Part shown: piece by piece, positions 16,931 to 21,449 of the stretch
Layout of the letters: each line of letters opens with the position of its first letter
Numbering within the stretch: the first letter of the stretch is position 1
Source of the DNA: Candidatus Bathyarchaeia archaeon
GTDB lineage: Archaea > Thermoproteota > Bathyarchaeia > Bathyarchaeales > Bathycorpusculaceae
Direction: 5' to 3'
DNA: 21,449 nucleotides
Assembly: GCA_049521795.1 (NCBI GenBank)
Contig: JBEKOM010000014.1
Span: forward strand, 1 to 21,449
Notes under the pieces: model-generated
What the model saw: only the letters and a program-made list of their open reading frames with translations
Databases searched by the model: none
What the model was told of the DNA's origin: nothing
Made by a program: the position numbers and the translations under genes

Positions 16931-17311
16931 ATGGAAATGGAATTCACAGAAAGAGAATTCAATTTTCTAATCAAGGTTTTCTCGGAATTGCAAGCAGGGA
17001 ATCCCGATGGCAATTTTGGAAACTATGTCAAAATAACTGAGTACGCGAAACTGAACAAGAAACCCGAGTTGCTTTACTACTACTTCTACCATTATTTTGA
17101 ACCTTTGCTCACTAATGATATGCATTTTGAAAAATCCTTCTCGAATGAAGAAAAACCTCTGATGAAGAGTATATGGAGGAAATTTGAGGTTCTGAAGGAA
17201 TCTTATGGAGAACTCACGGAAAATGACCTTCTGGCGAAGTTCGGCATTGATCTAAACAGTTTATTCCTGGATTTGGGGATACACTGGAAACACCAGAGTC
17301 ACGCTCACTAA
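16931..17311 (+). CDS. Hypothetical protein (126 aa)
   Basis: ATG start, upstream TATA-like TTATATA near 16896, AT-rich codons, no competing ORF. Confidence 0.7.
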   Translation: MEMEFTEREFNFLIKVFSELQAGNPDGNFGNYVKITEYAKLNKKPELLYYYFYHYFEPLLTNDMHFEKSFSNEEKPLMKSIWRKFEVLKESYGELTENDLLAKFGIDLNSLFLDLGIHWKHQSHAH

Positions 17312-17322
17312 AGCGCGCGTTA
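17312..17322. repeat. GC junction palindrome (variant)
   Basis: AGCGCGCGTTA, immediately after the stop at 17311. Confidence 0.8.
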
Positions 17323-17431
17323 TGAGTGAGATACAGAAGGTTTTTGTTGTTTCGAGAACCCTTTGAGATAAACCGCTTTTAGTCCAGTTATCGTGTCAAC
17401 GGTTTCAGATGAACCGGCCATTACCAGAATG

Positions 17432-17441
17432 TTCGCGCGCT
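17432..17441. repeat. GC junction palindrome (variant)
   Basis: TTCGCGCGCT. Confidence 0.75.
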
Positions 17442-17477
17442 CTTCTAATTTGGAAGTCCGTTTTCTGAACAAGGTGA

Positions 17478-17921
17478 TTAGTTTCTATTGTATGATTTGC
17501 CTTCCTCACGAAGTTCCTCTGTCCATTTCTCCTTTGGCATTTGGCTGAAGATTTCTATCAAGTTTCCGTCTGGGTCTCTCAAGTGTATCACGCTTATGCC
17601 ATAGTCTGGACGTTCAGTTGGTTCAGTAATCAGTTTCACTCCCTGCTTCTTCAGTTTCACAGCCTCAGCCTCAAGGTTTTTCACACAGAATATCAATGCA
17701 ACCCTGTCTTGACATTTAGCTTCTAAGGGCAGGTTCGTTGTGCCGACATCTTTTGCCATGATGTCTCTCTTGAAAAGTGCAAGCGTGACGTTTCCAGCAT
17801 CGAAACTGGCATAGCCTTCGCCTTCTTTGCCCCATGTCATCTTGAAACCCATGATGTTGCGATAGAATCGAAAACAGTCATCGAATTTGCTAACTAATAA
17901 TCGCACATTATCCAATTTCAA
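17478..17921 (-). CDS. VOC / glyoxalase-bleomycin resistance family protein
   Basis: VRLLV..FD.CFRFYRNIMGF; YG.SVIHLRDPDGNLIEI. Confidence 0.9.
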   Translation of the reverse strand: MKLDNVRLLVSKFDDCFRFYRNIMGFKMTWGKEGEGYASFDAGNVTLALFKRDIMAKDVGTTNLPLEAKCQDRVALIFCVKNLEAEAVKLKKQGVKLITEPTERPDYGISVIHLRDPDGNLIEIFSQMPKEKWTEELREEGKSYNRN

Positions 17922-18001
17922 CTCTTAGCACCATAGCCCGAAACTGACAAGTCCGCAGATAAAGATTTCTTCTGTTGCAATGCAGTTTAGGATTTCTGTC
18001 C

Positions 18002-18045
18002 TTCAGGCTACGACTTTTCTGCAAAACCAAAAACTGATTCAAAAA
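18002..18045 (+). repeat. Dispersed intergenic repeat, copy B
   Basis: TTCAGGCTACGACTTTTCTGCAAAACCAAAAACTGATTCAAAAA, similar to 157-200. Confidence 0.6.
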
Positions 18046-18063
18046 GACTGGTAGAAGTGTCTT

Positions 18064-18522
18064 CTATTTTCGTTGTTCTCTTCTCTGCATTTCGTTGTAT
18101 AAATATTCAAACCACTCTAGTATTTCTGGTTGATTTCTGGTTTTTCTCAATTCTAATGTTGTATCTTTCATTTTTTCCCATGTCCACTTGATAGGCGTAG
18201 TGAACATATCATCAACTAACTCTATGCCTATGAGTTTTCTCTTAAGAAGAATACCGATTCCCTCAAAGAACATGCCAACTGCTGTCACTTCGGCGTAGCT
18301 TCCATACTTCCTGCGGTAATCATCATAGTCTTTTGCTTCTCTCGTCAAAACCTGTTCCCACGTCTTCTGGAATTCAAGACTGTTAAACTGCGAGTAGAGT
18401 CTCATTACAAGGTCTGTTTGTCTTATTTTAGTCTGATTTCTCATGTCCAGAACATAGTAGACAACACCAACCAGCACACCTGCTGCAGCCACCATCGCAG
18501 AAATCTCTGTTATGCCAACCAT
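18064..18522 (-). CDS. DUF4760-like membrane-anchored protein (paralog 2)
   Basis: N-terminal TM, RQTDLVMRLY, FFEGIGILLKRKLI, WEKMK, FEYLYNEM. Confidence 0.75.
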   Translation of the reverse strand: MVGITEISAMVAAAGVLVGVVYYVLDMRNQTKIRQTDLVMRLYSQFNSLEFQKTWEQVLTREAKDYDDYRRKYGSYAEVTAVGMFFEGIGILLKRKLIGIELVDDMFTTPIKWTWEKMKDTTLELRKTRNQPEILEWFEYLYNEMQRREQRK

Positions 18523-18523
18523 T

Positions 18524-18985
18524 CTAACCCTTCTCCGATTGCAGCTTCTCTATTTCGTTGCCCAGATATTCTATCCCTCGACCCAATTTCGGTTGGCCGA
18601 TTTCCTTTCTGCAAATCTCAAGGAAAGGCTTCATCTTCTTCCAATATCTGGGAACGACTCCACCAAAAAGACTGTTGACTAAGTTGACATCGATTAGTCC
18701 TTTCTCTAGAAGAATCCCTATTTCATTGAAGAACACAGCAGATGGAGGAAACTCTACTTCAAACTTTTCTTGGTATGTCTTGAGGTCTTCAAGTTGTTCT
18801 GTCATAAACGTGTGCCATTCACTTTGGAAGGTTTCTGAGCAATAGATTGAATACAAGTTAGTTATGAGGTCAGTCTTTCTCTGTTTGACTAGATGTCTAA
18901 GCTCCAAAACGGTGAGCACAACACCGACTAACACTCCTACTGCAGCAATAATCGCTGAGATAGAAGGTATATCTAGCATCTGCAT
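18524..18985 (-). CDS. DUF4760-like membrane-anchored protein (paralog 1)
   Basis: N-terminal TM, RKTDLITNLY, FFNEIGILLEKGLID, WKKMK, IEYLGNEI; clearly homologous to the neighbouring gene. Confidence 0.75.
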   Translation of the reverse strand: MQMLDIPSISAIIAAVGVLVGVVLTVLELRHLVKQRKTDLITNLYSIYCSETFQSEWHTFMTEQLEDLKTYQEKFEVEFPPSAVFFNEIGILLEKGLIDVNLVNSLFGGVVPRYWKKMKPFLEICRKEIGQPKLGRGIEYLGNEIEKLQSEKG

Positions 18986-19095
18986 TCCCTAGAAGACAAG
19001 ATTCAGTGTAATTAGTATTAAAGACTACATCATGATCTTCGAAAAAAAATCAGGCAGAAATCTTCTCTTTGAACATGTATCAATAAGTGTCGGTT

Positions 19096-19857
19096 TCACA
19101 GCCCATCCTTGTACGTGGCTATCTTGCCGTGGAAGCGTTGCGGTTCTCCTTTAATGATCTGCACTAATGCTCGCGCAGCTGCTTCAGGAGTTATCAGTAT
19201 TCCTTGCTTCTGCATGTCTCCAAAGACGCGATGCAATTTTTCAGCTCCGCTGCCCTTTGCTTCTCGAGCTTCTTTCTGTAGATCAGTCTCAACAGCTCCG
19301 GGTCGATAAATGAAACAGGTTATCTCTGGAACTTCTACAGCGAGTTGTCTCGCCAAATGCTCTTCAGCGGCTTTGGATAAGCAGTAAGCTCCAATCCCCT
19401 CTATGTTCCTCTCTGCAGCTCCAGATCCAAAGAAAACCGCCAAACCGCTCTTTCTTCGACGCAACTCAGGGTAGGAGAAGCGAGCAATCTGGTAAGCGGC
19501 CAACACGTTAGACCCCCAGACGCTCCCAAAGACAGCTTCAGGAAGTTCGTATAAAAAAGGACCAGGACAAGCAATCCCAGCATTGTGAATGAAACCAGCG
19601 AAACCGCCAATGTCAACCGCAGCTCTTACCATGTTTTTCGCTTTTGCAGCTGAAGCAGCGTCACCTATCACGGTTTTTGCTTCAACGCCTTTCTCTCGTA
19701 CCAAAGATACTGATTCCTCGAGAGGTTCCTTGCTTCGGGCGTTTAGGACAAGGTTGACACCATTCTGAGCGAGTTCCAAGGCTATAGCGCGACCGATTCC
19801 TCTTGAAGCTCCTGTTATGATCAGCGTTTTTCCTTTAAGATCCAATTTGCCCGTCAC
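19096..19857 (-). CDS. Short-chain dehydrogenase/reductase (SDR)
   Basis: TGASRGIG, HNAG, YCLSK (YxxxK) and PGAVET. Confidence 0.92.
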   Translation of the reverse strand: MTGKLDLKGKTLIITGASRGIGRAIALELAQNGVNLVLNARSKEPLEESVSLVREKGVEAKTVIGDAASAAKAKNMVRAAVDIGGFAGFIHNAGIACPGPFLYELPEAVFGSVWGSNVLAAYQIARFSYPELRRRKSGLAVFFGSGAAERNIEGIGAYCLSKAAEEHLARQLAVEVPEITCFIYRPGAVETDLQKEAREAKGSGAEKLHRVFGDMQKQGILITPEAAARALVQIIKGEPQRFHGKIATYKDGL

Positions 19858-19869
19858 CTGTAGGATGAT

Positions 19870-19920
19870 TCAGGAGGTTGTAGTCAGTGTTTCTAGTTCT
19901 TTCCATTCTTCTCTGAGTAT
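19870..19920 (-). pseudogene. 3' remnant of a RimJ/RimL GNAT paralog
   Basis: Translates ILREEWKELETLTTTS*; 19896-19917 is identical to 20814-20835 in the intact GNAT (ILREEWKEPKILT). Confidence 0.7.
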
Positions 19921-19952
19921 ACCTTTGAGAGCTCTGCCTCTCCACTCTTCTT

Positions 19953-20720
19953 CTAGTGCGCGGTTCCATCCTTGACTCGTTTTCGAACGAATTCCACCAT
20001 CTTGTCTGCCCACAGATTCAGATACTCGTCTCCCTTTCCAGCTTCTGCTTCACGAGGATCACCAACTACGCCGTTTTGGGCCACGGTTTTAATGCCTTTG
20101 CGCCATATGAGAGGTACTTTTTCTTCGTAGTTTCCTACGAAACCTTCTTCGGCACGGTCCATATTTACCAAATCCTTGCGCAACGCTAGGACCATTGAGG
20201 TTTCCGATTCACCTGCGTGAGCTCCTGACTTGGCAGCTGAAATTCCATGTTTTGATGAGAATTCAGCAAGCATCTTGAAAAGGGCCTGCAGATCCGTATA
20301 GGACACGATTTTGTTATCTTCAAGACTCTGATTCAGTTCATCTGTGACTTCTTTTACAGCATTGAAATTCCCGCCGTGAGATGGGAATATCACGATGTTC
20401 TTGAAACCGTGCTTTGCAAGGCTTACGCAATAGTCTCGAAGCAAACTTTTCAACGTTTCAGGTTTGATGCTGATGGTTCCTGGAAAAGCCATATGATGTT
20501 CAGAACATCCCACGTTTATGGTAGGCGCCTGAAGAGCATTACCAAGTTTCGCTGTCACTCTGGAAACCAGCGCATCGGCAATTAAAGAATCTGTACACGT
20601 AGGCAAATGAGGACCATGCTGCTCATTTGAACCGACACCGAACACAACAGTATGAAAACCTCCATCCAAAGCTTTCTTGATATCCACCCAACTCATTTCA
20701 GAAATCCGAACACTAGCCAT
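19953..20720 (-). CDS. Creatininase / MftE-family amidohydrolase
   Basis: GSNEQHGPHLP..TD, GCSEHHMAFPGT, SHGGN, HAGESETS and NGVVGDP. Confidence 0.92.
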   Translation of the reverse strand: MASVRISEMSWVDIKKALDGGFHTVVFGVGSNEQHGPHLPTCTDSLIADALVSRVTAKLGNALQAPTINVGCSEHHMAFPGTISIKPETLKSLLRDYCVSLAKHGFKNIVIFPSHGGNFNAVKEVTDELNQSLEDNKIVSYTDLQALFKMLAEFSSKHGISAAKSGAHAGESETSMVLALRKDLVNMDRAEEGFVGNYEEKVPLIWRKGIKTVAQNGVVGDPREAEAGKGDEYLNLWADKMVEFVRKRVKDGTAH

Positions 20721-20787
20721 TCCTTGTTTCTCCCAACATTAACTCGTGCGCTAACTTGTCATTTCCTACGTAAAAGAAAAAGGTTTT

Positions 20788-21321
20788 CTATAGGCGCGCC
20801 GTCAATATTTTTGGTTCTTTCCATTCTTCTCTGAGAATGCTGTAGAGGAACCAGTCAGTCCACACTCCTCTTGCAAAGTAGCCTTTACGAATTGTTCCTT
20901 CCTTCTTGAAGCCAACTTTTTCTAAAACTTTCTGAGAGGCTGCATTTCTCACATCAGTATGGGCTTGGATGCGGACTATGTCCCCCATTGAAAGAAACAA
21001 GTAGTCAACCATAATCTTCACCGCTTCAGAACAATAGCCTTTGCCCCTTTCGTCTGGAAGTAAAACATAGCCGATTTCCATTTGTCCACCCCACAGTTCT
21101 TTTAGACGGGCTACAAAACCGATTTTGCTTCCGTCTTTCTTCTCTATTATGAATGCCTTCAGCTCCACAGGAGTCTCAAACATCTTCTCCACCTCTGTTT
21201 TGGACAACTGTCGCAGAGGATTATAGTCGCCATAGAATTCAGGCATGTTCATCCATTCTGTGAAAAGTGGCAAGTCCTCTTTCTCCATAATCCTAAGATT
21301 GACATTCTTGCCTTCAAGCAA
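20788..21321 (-). CDS. GNAT acetyltransferase, RimJ/RimL family
   Basis: EIGY.LLPDERGKGY..EAV, N.ASQKVLEKVGFKKEG. Confidence 0.92.
   Translation of the reverse strand: MLEGKNVNLRIMEKEDLPLFTEWMNMPEFYGDYNPLRQLSKTEVEKMFETPVELKAFIIEKKDGSKIGFVARLKELWGGQMEIGYVLLPDERGKGYCSEAVKIMVDYLFLSMGDIVRIQAHTDVRNAASQKVLEKVGFKKEGTIRKGYFARGVWTDWFLYSILREEWKEPKILTARL
20793..20800. repeat. GC junction palindrome (variant) in the last codons of the GNAT
   Basis: GGCGCGCC, two bases before the stop codon. Confidence 0.55.
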
Positions 21322-21367
21322 CTCAACTCACCAGTCCACGCAGTTACTAGGGGTTCACCTATAACTC

Positions 21368-21449
21368 TCAATGTTTGAATAGGTATTCCATCAATATCTG
21401 ATCGGTGTACGTTCCGTCTGAGAACTTGATGCCTCTTGTCAGTCTCCCA
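21368..21449 (-). CDS. C-terminus of a probable GNAT acetyltransferase, runs off the window end
   Basis: Manual translation GRLTRGIKFSDGTYTDQILMEYLFKH*, a typical GNAT tail. Confidence 0.55.
   Translation of the reverse strand, partial: GRLTRGIKFSDGTYTDQILMEYLFKH

Noticed and set aside
9822-17441. CRISPR array or canonical integron attC array
   Set aside because: The repeats are only 8-14 bp with spacing from about 45 bp to several kb, and there are no cas genes. There is no consistent RYYYAAC...GTTRRRY pairing, gene orientation is mixed and no intI is present.
3438-20720. Mycofactocin pathway (radical SAM + creatininase + SDR)
   Set aside because: The radical SAM gene is more than 15 kb from the creatininase in a different module, and no MftA precursor or MftB was seen.

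Overview
Archaeal accessory region. The lineage is probably Bathyarchaeia-like, inferred from an Elf1-like gene, a PEF-CTERM sorting signal, TATA-type promoters and paralogous RimJ/RimL GNAT and DUF4760-like genes; this was not verified by search. About 25 mixed-orientation CDSs or fragments form short, functionally unrelated modules: flavodoxin; radical SAM plus PEF-CTERM GH99-like glycosidase; membrane-anchored ArsR; beta-CASP nuclease; a defence-like core (MORC-like GHKL ATPase plus DUF1016_N-like partner, permuted N4C MTase plus MvaI/BcnI REase, ParA plus partner, PD-(D/E)XK plus PUA-like protein); then small detox/stress genes. The strongest unexplained signal is a palindrome, (T/A)AGCGCGCGCT(A/T). 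It has 17 GCGCGC-containing copies plus degenerate ones, placed at nearly every module junction and often touching stop codons, but not between coupled genes. It also brackets truncated gene fragments. This looks like a cassette array built by recombination at a short GC palindrome. No integrase, transposase, rRNA, tRNA or CRISPR array was seen.
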